A stretch of DNA of 63,800 nucleotides, filler included, from Choristocarpus tenellus KU-1152 (GCA_964200185.2; 11 parts of 11 records of this genome joined end to end with filler, not necessarily neighbours in it), one strand, 5' to 3'; positions 50,361-63,686 are shown, counted from the whole stretch's first letter. Notes: generated by a model from the letters alone, not told the origin. Program-made: numbers and translations.

Positions 50361-53303
50361 GCTAAGGAAGCATCCCAAGAATCCAACAGACCCCTCCGTG
50401 CCCATCTCCCTGGTGACTCCAGCTTAAAATGCATGACACGTCGAGACTACATTATTAGACACGTCAACACTACATTATTATGCTTTGTAACAAATGTGAA
50501 GAGGAAAGCATATATAACTCATATTATATCTCACAACACTTCAGAACAAAAAACGCGTACATATGTTCCCTATTTAACGTAACATACACAATATATTTTT
50601 ATGCCCTCTGACAGTTTGGAGATGTGTCAAAGGGGAAACCAATGAAAACTATACACATTGTCAGTACAAAGCCTAAGGATATAAAATGTCATAAATGTGA
50701 AAAACCCTAATCCATATGAGCTGGAGGATTTAGTAGAAAAGGAGTAGTAAAATCCAGGCTACGCCAAATTGTCTCGGTGACTACGCAAGTGGCCCTATCT
50801 AGACGTGCCGTGCGTTTTATGCTAGAGTCACCAGGGAGATGGGCACGGAGGGGTTTATTGGATTCTTGGGAGGCCTCCCTAGCTCCTCCCTCGGGGCGCA
50901 GGAGTAGGTAGATTGGAAGCACAGGAAGGCAGTAGTACAATATTGATAGTGGTGAAGTAACAAATGAGTCTTTTTCACATTTATAGTATTTTGTAGTATC
51001 TTTCGAATCTATGATATTTTATTTCTTTTGGGCTTATACTGACATATTATGTATAGTTTTCATTTGTTTCCCCCCTGACACATCTATCTACAAAATGTCA
51101 GAGGGCATAATAATAAAATCCATATATTGTATACATGCGCAAAATGTTACATAATGATACCATTGATATATAAGACAAACATAGTAATGCGCTGAACAGA
51201 ATTAAAACACTCTTCACATTCTTAAGGTACTAGTATAATAGTCATATTTACAACGTGGTGCCATAACATAGTAGTGTTGTGAGCTCAGCCTTGCTTTACC
51301 ATAACACAAAACATGTTGTAATTAAGCAAATAGTATATATTATTATGCCCTCTAGCATTTTGCAGATGTGTCATGGGGGAAACCAATGAAAACTATGCAT
51401 ATGTCATTATTAGCCCTAAAGAAATAAAATATCATAAATGTGAAAACACTATAAAACACTGTAAGTGTGAAAACCATCACTAATCTATCAGTTGCTTCAC
51501 CATTATCAATATTGTACTACTGTCTTCCTGCGCTTCCTATCTACCTACTCCTGCGTCCCAAATAGTATCGCAAGTTCAAGTTAACTCTTGTTGGTAAAAA
51601 ATGCTGGAAGAGACGCGATAGTGTGATGTCATGCCATGATTTGAATTATATTATACAGTTTCAACGCTAACAACATGTAATTTTGTGATGGAGATAAAAT
51701 GAGTCACCTTTATCTTGACACTCACTACTCGTGCTTATTTCTCCTCGTCGTATTCCAGAGAACAAATACATGATTTTCTACTATTCTCTTTATTGGTAAA
51801 TTTATTATTAGTGAAATGTTTTATCTTGACATACTCCCATACAACAATGATTACAACATGATGTTTTTGTAGAGTTAATAGATTTAATATTTCTATATCT
51901 CGCACAGTTAAGAATTAGAATATTTCAATGAATATTACTTTATTTTGCTCACGAATTCTGGATTATTATTATTGTTTCATTCTATGTTTGCATTCCACCC
52001 ATTCCCCTCCTCCCCATTGTATCACCACTTGTGACCAACCAGTGTGAACCCCTTCGCCAATGATTTTTCAGTAGCCTACCCCCCCTGCAATGACCAACCA
52101 ATGCGAACCCCTTATGCAATTGATTTCCAGCCACTGCCCACCTCTGATGACCAACCAGTGTGAACCCCTTGCGCAACTGATTTCCAGCCACCGCCCACCT
52201 CTGATGACCAACAGTGCGAACCTCCTTCGCCACTGATTTCCAGTCACCCTCCACATCTGATGACCAACCAGTGCGACCCCTTCGACACTGATTTCCAGTC
52301 ACCCCCCCCCCATGTAATGACCGACCAATGCAAACTCATTTCGCCATTGATTTCCAGTCACCGCCCACCTCCGATTACCAACCAGTGTGAAACCCCCTTC
52401 ACCACTGATTTCCAGTCACCCCCCACATCCGATGACCAACCAGTGCCAACCCCTTCGCCACTGATTTCCAGTCACCACTCCACCCTTCAGACCCACTCAA
52501 CCCCACACCACTTTACACTCCCCCACACCACTCCACACCACTCCACAATCATCCAAGAACACCCCTTCACCAACCACTTCATACCGTGCCTTTGAACTAG
52601 AAAACATCTACCCCGCCGCAACTTGACCTACCCTCCCTTTACCCAGCATCCCAATCGGTCATGAGCAAGCAACAAGGTGGGTGGGCGGGAGCTTGCTTGG
52701 AGGTTGTCTTGTTCTAGTCCCTCCTCATCTTGTACCACCAGCCCTCGGTTTCCTTTACATACTGACCATTCCTTCCTAACTAGTGCCTCCACCTACCACT
52801 TCTTTAACTTCTCTCCAGCCTCTTCTTCCTCCTAATCACTCAGTACTTAACTCTTCGTTCACCCTTGCCTACTTTTTATTTTCCTTCCTCACCTCTCCCT
52901 CCCTTGTACCACATTACTGACTCAGATTACTTCATAAACTTTCCCTATTGTAATACCAAACTAATATATATATACTGTTCTAAATAGTTGATAATAGTCA
53001 CGAATCTAGGTAGATTTCAATTCATGATATCATGTTCCTATATTTTTATTATTATGCCCTCTGACATTTTCCAGATGCATCAGGGGAGAAACCATTGAGA
53101 ACTATTCACATGTCAGTATAAGCCCTAAAGAAATAAAATATATCACAAATGTGAAAAACAGTAATCTATTTGCTATTTTACTACTATCTATGTTATATCC
53201 CTGCCTTCCTGCGCCTCCAATCTACCTTTTCCTGTGCCTCAGAGTGAGGAGGTAGGGAGGCATCCCAAGAATCCAACAACCCCCTCCGTGCCCATCTCCC
53301 TGG
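50361..53303. repeat. Cluster of five whole or partial copies of one ~300-bp repeat in mixed orientation
   Basis: Copies at ~50361-50450 (+, 3' part), 50594-50705 (+, 5' part), 50796-51113 (-), 51338-51559 (+) and 53047-53303 (+). Confidence 0.85.
52032..52478. repeat. Minisatellite, 8 units of ~57 bp
   Basis: Consensus TGACCAACCAGTGCGAACCCCTTCGCCACTGATTTCCAGTCACCNCCCACMTCTGA. Confidence 0.92.
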
Positions 53304-54024
53304 GAACTATATCATTTCTTATCTTTTCTCTAGTCCAAAGTTGATAACATAAATACCTCCGTCTCGTATCATTTACGATACATAGGTCCAAGCTCGTTGC
53401 ATCCTCTATACCTCAGATTGGTCTAGCTACAAAGTTTATAACATTTTCAGTTAGTGATAGCAACAGCATTACTAGATCAGCATTACTTAGATCAAATTTA
53501 TAAATAAAAACAGAATATCCTTAGTGTCATTTTCGGATCCTGTCTGTCCACCAACCTTTGTGGTCATATTAGTCATATTTGCAGTAGTGATATCCAGTAT
53601 TATTCACCATGTTCGTTTCTGGAACACTTATAGTGGTACCAATACTGTTACAGGCGAATAGCGTGAGCGTTTCTTCTTGTATTTCAATAAAGTTTGAGCA
53701 TTTGTTACAGGCGAATAGCGCAAGCATTTTCTCCTCATGTTTTAGGAAATACGAACATTTGTAACAGACATACGGTGTGAAGATTGTTTCTCGAGTTCTG
53801 ACAAGTGCAAACTATATACGATCTTAGTAACACATAGGTTAGCCTTACAGAATAAGTGATTATTTTGAGAAGATGCAGAGTAAGATTCGGAATACTTACG
53901 TAACATTACAGAGGAAAATGTCAANNNNNNNNNNNNNNNNNNNNNNNNNNNNNNNNNNNNNNNNNNNNTTAATTAATTAANNNNNNNNNNNNNNNNNNNN
54001 NNNNNNNNNNNNNNNNNNNNNNNN

Positions 54025-57000
54025 GGGGAGTGGCAAGCATCGACGACACCCACAACCCGACCATCCAAGTATCACGGACTGCCTCTTAATACCCCCAGAC
54101 CAGCTGGATGTAGAGAACCCCCCCTGACATACTTCCCAGATACACAAGATGCACTAGTATACCAACTGGTGAACGTTCGCAATCAGGGGTGGGACATGCA
54201 AGTTTTTTTTTGTAGACCCAGAAGCAGGCAGGTACCTTAGCCATAGACCTTACCCAGGACAAGGATCCTCTGACCCTATCACTGGAGAATCTAGGTCTAG
54301 TACCCCTCCCAGTAGAGGTAGTGTGGGAAGACGATGGGACTCTGCAGTGGGAATTGCGTCAGTCAGAAGTTGCACATGCAACGGATTTTTCAAGGGGGCA
54401 CAACCACAATCCAGGCAGTTGGTGATTGGGCCTTTATCAGAGTATAACTTGGAACTGGGAAATGCTGTTGGGGTTGCCAGAGGTGTACAATGGTGGAACC
54501 CAAGAACCCCCATCTATTGCAAGCTGGTAAACACGTGCAGTAATCAAATAGTGTCCAAGCAGGGTTGCCAGTACCAAAGGCGATTGCTCTGAATACACAT
54601 TATACGGAGAGGATGGTTGCACTCTTTCAGACACTAATCAAACCCTCCAAAGATCCCCCAAGAACACAGGTCCTGCTTGCCACAGCTAGTTCCCAGACAA
54701 TTCGTTCTCCAGAGTCAGACGATACAAGTGACTGTCCAGTAGAAGAGAAAGACAACACCCCCTCAGATGAAGCCATGGGGGTCCGGCATCAAGCGGTGAG
54801 CCTTAGTGACGCCATTATGGGACAGCCGACACCAGCACCGAAGGAACAGTTGGTGGGACTGTTAGAGGAATTTAGGAATTTGGGGGTATTCCCAGAAGAC
54901 CCTAAACGAGTTCTGCCATGCTCTAGAGGAGTGCTGCATATACCACTCATAGACGAGAACTGTACACCCTATGCTTCGCAGCATAGGGGCTTCTCTCCTG
55001 AAGAAACTCAGATGATTCAGACTGAAGTTAAGCAGTTACAGGAACGTGGTATAATCAGACCCTCCACCTCAGCGTGGGCATTAGCAGTGGTAGCAGTATG
55101 TAAGAAAGATGGGACCCTGAGGTTGTTCACGGACTATAGAATGATCAATGATCTCTCGTCTAGTGATAGTGGAGGTCTTGGGAACATTGCCAGCATTTTT
55201 GACAAGCTTAAGGGTTCTAGCTATTTTACTGCCATAGATTTAGCGTCAGGATTCTTCCAGCTAGAGATCGCTGAGGTAGACAAATACAAGACAGCCTTCC
55301 GTGATGCTCATAGACAACTTCGGGAGTATATCAGGTGTGGCTTTGGCTCGAAAATTTTACCTCCAGTATTCTCTAGTCACATGAGAGAGGCGTTGGGAGA
55401 TCTCAAAGGAAACGGTGTAAAAAAAGGCTAGACGATATTTTTTGCTATACTTCATCATTTGATGAGTACATGACCAAACTTCGCCTCCTCCTGACCAGAC
55501 TCAAGCAATAAGGTTTGTTTGTTAATTTTCCCAAGGCCCTGTGGTGCATGCCCTCACAGGAATTTGTGGGGATAAAGGTAGGCAGAGATGACTTGAACCC
55601 TGCTCCATCCAAAATGATAGCAGTAGCAAAACTTGATCCCCCATCCACAGTCGAGCAGCTAAGGAGTTTCTTAGGCATGGCAGGATACATGCGACGGTTT
55701 GTTCCGAACTATGGTCAACTAGCTGCATCACTGATCGACATCCTCCGGAATAAAGGGTATGCTTCCAAAAGAGACAGGAAGAAGAGTATCCTTTGGGGAT
55801 CAGAGGAGCTGAAGGCATTTTAGGAACTTAAGGTGCGTCTGAATTCTCCACCAATCCTAGTCTTTCCTGACTGGGATAAGCCGTTCCTCCTCCATACAGA
55901 TGCGAGTGAGGAAGGGGCTGGAGCAACGCTGACCCAGGCACAGGATGATGACCAAGAACATGTCATAGCATATGCTAGCCATAGACGGTCTAAAACAGAT
56001 AGTAGAAGGGTGACCAATGAAAGAGAAGGCATGACTATCTTGTGGGCTGTAGAACGCTTCCGTTCCTACATTTGGGGTAGGAAATTCACTCAAGTCACAG
56101 ACTGCTCAGCACTGACTTGGCCCTTTAAGATTCGTGAACTTAGCCCCAAGCTCCACAGGTGAACCCTCCGCCTTATGGACCATGACATGGAACTGAAGTG
56201 GCAAGCAGGTTCGAAGCACCAGCTACCAGACGGACTGTCACGACTCTCCCCACCAACTACATCAGGTTTGGATATCGACGATTATTTCCTCATGGTCCGT
56301 CAGTAGTTTGTCACAAGAGCTATACTGGGACTGAGAGGACTCGTCTTAGATGGTGTATGTTTGCAGGATTTAGGTACATCAGACCTAAACCCAGGTAATC
56401 CCACAATGTCCCCTTGCTCTTTCGGTGCTTTAGTAGATTCAGAGCTAGAGTGTCCTTCTCCATCACATGATGAACCAAGTCTAGGGGTAGCACACATGTT
56501 ACTTCAGGGAACAGCTGGTATCACATTCTCAGGAATACTGTCAGCACTGCAAAGTTGCCACACGCAGAACTTGATAGTCGCAACTTAGGCGTTAGAGGTT
56601 GGTTACCACTCAATAGACCCCAGGATCAAAGTCTACCAGTGACTATACCCCCTCCCTCGGGTTGGATGGCCCCAGCTAAGATGCCAAGCGTGGACCCGAC
56701 ACACGCCTCACAGCAACCTTTTCCCCCACTTAACGCCACCAACATTTTTGGCTAGCAACCTTAAGACCCTACCCTCGAAGACAGGGTAGAAAGAAATGGA
56801 ACAGCAGGAGAAGAGAAGCCACCACGAAAGAAAAGGCGCAAAGGTACACCAATGCCAAAGAACAAGAAGGGTGGTGACAGAACAATCTGAATGAGTGAGA
56901 TGGTTCAACACCACCCCTCTCTCAAGAGAGGAATGACTACTCTCACAGACATGCCAGAGATAGTGGAGAGGCAGAAGAAAGACCCCTTCTTGGGCAGCAT

Positions 57001-57832
57001 ATGGGGTGTCCTCGAAGGTCAAGAACACTGGAAGTCATCACTTGAGTGGGGAAAAGGGAGAATAGATGTGGAGTCATATTCCCTAGATGATAAAGAGTTA
57101 CTCTGGTATACCCCTGGAGAGTATTCACCTAGATCTGCAGTTCCTCGTTCACTAGTATCAGACAACATAGCACTAGTACATCTGCAGATTAGCCACCAGG
57201 GAGTCGGACGCACAGTAGCCCTAACCCAACGATACTTCTTTTGACCCTCACTCCACAAAGACATACAATATTATGTTCTATCCTGTGACTGCCGCACACG
57301 TAAAAGGACAAGAAGCGCACAAGGGACAGTCCTACCAGTCAAGTTCCTGGAACCATGGGATGTACTTGAGATGGATCTACAAGATGTGGGACACATCTCG
57401 GCAAAAGGCAAGAAACTATTAAGTGTGATTGATAGGGCTTTAAGGTTCCCTTTTGCATTCCCAATGGGGTCCAAGGAAGCAGCTGGAGTAGCAACAAACG
57501 TGTTGGAACTATGTCTTACATTTGGGATCCCTCTGTCACTTTGTAGTGATGCAGGAGGGGAGTTCACAGGAAACATGATGAATCACCTTTGTCGTTGGCT
57601 GAAATTCTCTATCAATTATGGACCCATTGGCAACTCAAGAGGACAAGGGGGAGTAGAAAAGATGGGAGGATTGCTTTTGGAAGTCCTGTCGGAACTATGT
57701 GTGAAGTGGCCAGATAGATGGGATGAGTACGTATCTCTGGCATGTTGGGCACAGCGCACTACTCCAGATCCACCTGACCCCCTCAACCCCACTCCCTTCC
57801 GAGTCTTGTTTGGCCGTGATCCTCGCACACAG
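54025..57832 (+). mobile_element. Decayed Ty3/Gypsy pol (RT - RNase H - integrase)
   Basis: RT: GIIRPSTSAWA...KKDGTLRLFTDYR...IDLASGFFQ, with a frameshifted LDD. RNase H: LHTDAS...VIAYAS...ERE...TDCSAL. Integrase: HHCC remnant, EMDLQD, SDAGGEFT, GGVEK. Gypsy domain order; in-frame stops. Confidence 0.95.
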
Positions 57833-58263
57833 NNNNNNNNNNNNNNNNNNNNNNNNNNNNNNNNNNNNNNNNNNNNTTAATTAATTAANNNNNNNNNNNN
57901 NNNNNNNNNNNNNNNNNNNNNNNNNNNNNNNNGTGTCGGATTTGAAATGTCAGCAAAAAAACGTTGTTTGACCGAAACGGACCCTTCAGTGTGCTGATAA
58001 TCAATAATCACGATTGGAATGTTCTGATATCAATATTTCTGATATCTTGATACAGTGGTCAAGGACATCAGACAACAAAAAAACTTGCTAGTGGGCAAAG
58101 ATCAAAGTAGCCATCACCTGACATCAATGCTGTGCAAAGATGGAACAACTGACGTTGCACTCATCCTTGGCTGAAGCACTGAATCCACGTCCTATCCTAG
58201 TCACCCAAGGAATAGATTCAAAGATAAACATTTCCTCGTTAGTTAGTGAAGAGCAGGTCCACT

Positions 58264-58498
58264 GAGCTGAAGTAAACGATACATACCCAGGTTTTGGCCA
58301 TTTTTCATTTTAAGTCAATTTCTTAACCTTTTACAACTCACCTCAATTTCTGTGGATGAAGTGCTAAGACTGACTTGAGAACGTTGGTTTTTCTGTTTGA
58401 AAATTTCCAATACGCAGTTGTACAAAAAGTCAGATTTTGTGCGTATTTGTCTGCATCCTTGGTACGCAACCCTGGGTACCACTCGCTTACTTTGGCTC
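58264..58498. mobile_element. MITE family D
   Basis: TIRs as above; TSD act/act. Confidence 0.8.
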
Positions 58499-59639
58499 AC
58501 TGGTTCATTGTACTTACTCAACCTTGCGGTAGAGGTCGTGCAACCCCCCATCAGCACCCCTTTCCTATGTCCATGAGCTAATGTGAATAACTGCTGAAGC
58601 GAGGTCCTCAGAAAATAACCTCAAATGTTGTGTCAGTACATGGTTCGGCAACAGACAGAATGACAATAGAAAAACTTGCTTTCCAGATTAGGCAGAGAAC
58701 CTAGGGCACAAATGTTCATCAGTGACATTTACCCTCTCGTGACAAAGTACCTCAACATGACACGACGTAGGTTATCATTTTGGCCCTAGAGTTTACACAA
58801 CACTTGCCTAAAATGAACTCTGCCTCTTCAGGTAGACAACCCTTGTCCAGAATATAATTGTCCCTATAATGTCAGAATACAAGATGGTCCAGAAGTTCTG
58901 TTAAGAAGTGTCAAGTATGTGCATATGGTGCCACTCTTCTGAGGCTATATATATGTGGTTTAGTCGAGTTATTTTTCTTATTTGACGTCAGAGGGAAGCG
59001 GCCCACACTAGTTCCTGTAACATAAACTTCAATACAAAAAGGGAATGGCCCCTGGCTCCAAAGACTTCCCAGTTTCCAACTTGCAACAGGCCATGCACCC
59101 CTGTGGCCACGTTGTTTGCAAACTGCAAGCCAATCTCTGTGAATTTTGTACTATGAAGGAAACCAAAAGTGTGCAGTAGTGACTAAATAACCTTCTCCAT
59201 ACAACCCTCAGTAGTAATATCTGACTCTGTTCAAGGGTGGGCTCTGACGGGATGGCTGTACATATCTGCTGCCATGAAGCAAAATGGAAGCCATTTTCGA
59301 TACTCGGAACAAGGGTTTAATGAGTTCACTGGTGTAGAAATCCCAGGTACTGAGGGCAACTGTGGTAATAATACAGTACATGCATCAACCCCCGCAGTGC
59401 TTGACATTAGTGGAAATCTTTACACCATTATCATACCGATGTTCTCCGCATTCCATTCCACCAATATAATCTGTCTACCAGGAATGCGTGCAAGAGACGA
59501 CCTGTCCCAGCATCACTGTGTCAAGCTGTTAAAACTGTTTCCTCAGAATGTATGGAACCAACATCCTCACCATGTGATAGTCATCCTTCTGCCTTCTTCT
59601 TCCTGTCCTTTTGTCAGTAAGTCCCTGCCACTAACTAAC

Positions 59640-60560
59640 CTGTGTAGCCTGTACCCTCCTGCTGTTGCCTTCAAAACTAACTGTCTACATCATCTACCTT
59701 CCTTGTGCATCATCTTCCCCCACCCTCCTCCCTTTCCCCCAGCGCATTTCCATCTTCCCTGACCAACTCTAGACCCGATCACAACCTCGATCCACCATCA
59801 CCTCCCCTTCCTGCCACCAGGTCTTTTCCACCTTTTGTCACCCTTACTGTCCCCGATTCTAAACTGCCCCCGATCTCCCCCATTGGCCTTACTCCTTCCC
59901 TGCCCTTTGTGCTTCTCTTCTAAACACCCTTCCTTGCCCCCCCTAGCCCAGACTCCAACCTCAGTTCACCCCTCTTTCCCCATTCCATTCCACTTCTCTC
60001 ACCTGTCCCCGAAGTCAATCCCAGGCAGCCTTCCATCTCCCTCCCTAACCTCACTGGACCCTCACCATCCCCCTCCTTTCCCAAGCCTATTTCGAACTTC
60101 CCTCAGTCCTCCTGACCCCGATCCGAAACCACCTTCCATCTCCATCACCGGCCTTGACCCTCCTTACCTTCTCCCCTCTTTCTAGCCTACTTCCACTTTC
60201 CTTCATCCCTCCCAACCCTGGTATCAAACGATCTTCCACCTCACCCATTAGCCTCAATCTATTCCTGCCTCTCCTCCCTCTTTCCCAGTCCATCACCATC
60301 TTCCCCTGTTCACCCGACCTTGATCCACCATTGCCTCCCCATCCTAATCCCATTTTTCCTCACTCACCTCGACCACGACCCCAAACTCGATCCACCATTG
60401 CCCCCCATCATCTCTCCAGGCTGTTTACATTTTCTATCCTCTATCTGACCCTGATTCCCGACCGCCTACCGCCTTTACCCCAGGCTATCCCTGCCTTCCC
60501 CTTAGCCCCCTAGCCCATTGCTACCATTGCTTCCCCCTCCCCCTGCCTCAGTTATACAAA
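59640..60560. repeat. Polypyrimidine/polypurine low-complexity tract with degenerate internal repeats
   Basis: Extreme C/T skew on the + strand; recurring GATCCACCAT(T/C)(G/A)CC motif; no single continuous ORF. Confidence 0.6.
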
Positions 60561-60776
60561 TTTTGCTCCTCTTCCAGAAAAACTTAGTCGAACTCCCTGT
60601 TTCCACCCTCTTGGTCTATTTTCCTTTGGCCAATTTCTGCCCCGCAATAGGATAGCTGGGAATTTGACTCGGGTGCACCCAGGTCAAATGTTGCCTCCAC
60701 AGGTACACTCTTTGCTGCAGGAATACCTTCCTAGTTGGTGCCATGTTAGTCACCAACACCTCAGGTATCAAGGATT

Positions 60777-60958
60777 GACCCAAAGTACCTGGGGGGGGGG
60801 AGGGGGGATCTACACCAGGGTGTCTATTTGGACAATAAACAGGAAAGGTGCACTTACATTATCCATCCGACGTATGCAACCAAATCACACAAAAATCGCG
60901 ACATAAAAAAATTGACCCCAAATGGACAGTCGCCATCCCCCCCCAGATACTTTGAGTC
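60777..60958. mobile_element. MITE family B (complete)
   Basis: gacccaaagtacctggg...cccagatactttgagtc; TSD att/att. Confidence 0.88.
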
Positions 60959-63215
60959 ATTCCAGTAACCGATCTTTGCAGCTGGGCCCTCATGTATGCA
61001 CCACGTGCACTGCCCAAGTTGGTCGACATTTCAAATTTGTTATTACCAAGTAAATTGAATGAAGGCTCCCACATCAACGTAGCTACAATCCTTTAGTTGG
61101 ACCTAGACCCATCTGCAGCCACTCTGTCTTGACAGTCCCTCTTTCCTTTTCCCCCCTCCTCTGGACCCTCACCCCTGGCTTCTGCACTAGAACCTTGATG
61201 ACACTTCCCTCTACCACCCTGAGCAGAACTTCTGTCGCATTTATTTTTGGGCAACTATCTTGCACCAGCATGGGATGGTACAGAGGGCACTGCGGGCATA
61301 CCTGGCCCCCAACCCTTGATATCTATGTGGAGGTTTGCCATTACCTGTGAAGCGATCAGTTCAGTCTCCAGTCCTGGTTGACTTACAGGCCTTGTTGTAT
61401 GTTCCTGCGCACTTGGCAATATTGCATGTGATGTCAGCTTTCGCGGTAGATTACATATTTCTAGTGGTGCCCTTGTACCTTGTCCTTATCCCTCTCCACA
61501 TATGAGGCAAAGAGGGTTATTTTTTGTCCCACTACTGACTGTTATATGTAAGAAGCAGGAAAGAGAGCAAATCCACTATTGGAGGCGTTGGCCAGATACA
61601 TATCTCTTCATATCGTAACCGTTTTCCATTTGTTATTTTTTGGCCAAGGTTATTCGTTCAACACATAAGTAAAAATATCTCATATCAAATCCGAAACATC
61701 GACCAGGGATTGGTTCTTTGTATTCCACCATCATATTTGTATATCTTAAGGTGATGTACAACACAATGGATCCTTACCAAAGGCGACGTAACACAAGGTT
61801 GCAGGAAAGGCCGCTTGAGGACCTGTGGAAGATGCTAGTGACTGCGGATTTAGCCTTCACATGGAGGTAAGATGAAGATGCCCTTCTAGATCTCGGCAAA
61901 TTTTCACTGAAGCGAGATAGCAGTAGCATATGTGGTGACTACAGCAGAATAGAGGAACAACTTTTGATCAACCTTTAACACTACAGTTGTGCAATTAACA
62001 ATACCATGGATGTGTAGGGCCTTGACTATTCTTCGCCTGCCATTTCGTATTTCAAGCACTTGCTGTCCTATTCTTCCTTGATCCCATAGGGTGCAAACAG
62101 CAGTACACTCTTCCCCTGCTTGGCTGAGGCAGAACTTAGACGGTCTTGTGTCTCGGGATCCCCTGAAAGACATCTCACTCGTCACGTGGTTCGTGTTTGT
62201 GCTCGGCTGCCAGAGGTTTGGTGAGAATAAGAAAAATGAAATAGACTCTAACAGGTGAAGAGGACTTCTTCAGTGAAATTGTTTTTGCCTGAATGCACGG
62301 TCAGTCATACCTACCTGTAGGTAGGTAAGATTTTCTCGGTTATTCCTTCCCTTTCGATAGTACCTTGTCCATTTACACTCCATGTTGGTGAAGGGATTTT
62401 ACACTCCGATGTAATCAATTTTGCACAATCTATCATTGCCTGGGGTGGCCAAAAATCTCTTTCCAGGCACATTCCAAATCAAAACCGCAGCTGATGAGAT
62501 ACCCGACCAAGAAGAGACGACCCTCGTTCCGCATATCTTACCTTCTGTTTTGAGCCAATATATCCTAAAGGGGGGTGCCGTTGTTGTTAACTGGTCTCGA
62601 TCTGTTACTGATTTGCATCTATATGTCCCTACGCCCTACAATCAAATGACAAAAACATTCATCCACATGATCTTTCCGTCCACATCCATTAGCTCTTAAT
62701 GTGGGTTACTTGCACTTGAAGCATGAAAATGGGGTGTTAGACGTCACATTAATGAGCTCCTTAACAACAAAATGGTCATTAAAAACATATTGGTTACAAC
62801 CTACAGCCACTCAAAACATCCCCATTGATCATGAGACCCAGTATTTTTGTCCAAGCAAGCTAGACGCATCCTAGTAAAACATAAACAGCGATCAACACAA
62901 TGTGGGTATTTTTCGAGTACACAAGTTGGAGGGGATGTGTTCAGATAGGAAACGGTAATGAATAACACTGTTTGCTCTCCAAGTTGCATCTGCCTTTTTC
63001 GTAGTAAGTGCTACACTTTACTCAACAAACCAGTCTAGAACCTCAAGAGGTCTTCAGTCAGCAATTTCAGCTCTAGATTCCCTCAAGTGTATTGTCTCAG
63101 ACCTAACCCCCCACTACTGCAATGCAGAAGAAAGAGTCCATGAAAAATCAAGAAAATTGTAATACTACGTACTGATGAATGCACTTTCATTATTGCAATT
63201 TTGCAATAAAATGGT

Positions 63216-63393
63216 GGCTCCAATAATCTGGGGGGGGTGGCAGCTGTCCATTTTGGGTCAATTTTTTCATGTCGGTATTTTTGGGTGACTTGGCTGCATA
63301 CGTCTGATGGATAAAGTAAATGCACTTTTCCTGATCAGGGGCCAAATGGACACCCTGGTGTAGACTCCCCCCCCTCCCCAGATACTTTGGTTC
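63216..63393. mobile_element. MITE family B (complete, opposite orientation to 60777)
   Basis: Same TIRs; flanks tggt/aggt. Confidence 0.85.
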
Positions 63394-63446
63394 AGGTGTG
63401 CAAACAAGATTTCAAAGTAACTGAAACAATTATCTACTTAGCTACA

Positions 63447-63686
63447 GAGTCAAATATAGAGAGGTACTTGGATTTGCATTTTAAGGATACCAACAAATAT
63501 GTGTGCAAAATTCGATAAAAAATGAATTATGTCAAGGTGTTTCAAATGATGGAGAAATAAATCAATGGTCTCAAGTCAACTTCTCACTTCATCCCTAGAG
63601 AGATAGGAGTGAATTGCAAAAGATTGGAAATCTGGATCAAAATGCAATACGATCAAAACCTGGGTACTTCTCGTTTACTTTGACTT
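63447..63686. mobile_element. MITE family D (degenerate)
   Basis: gagtcaaatatagagaggtac...gtacttctcgtttactttgact. Confidence 0.65.

Noticed and set aside
52032-52478. CRISPR-like array
   Set aside because: Whole units are homologous, with no unique spacers, no cas genes and a eukaryotic context.
61779-61823. Minus-strand VLKRPFL peptide as a kinase C-terminus
   Set aside because: No other kinase motifs nearby; likely chance.
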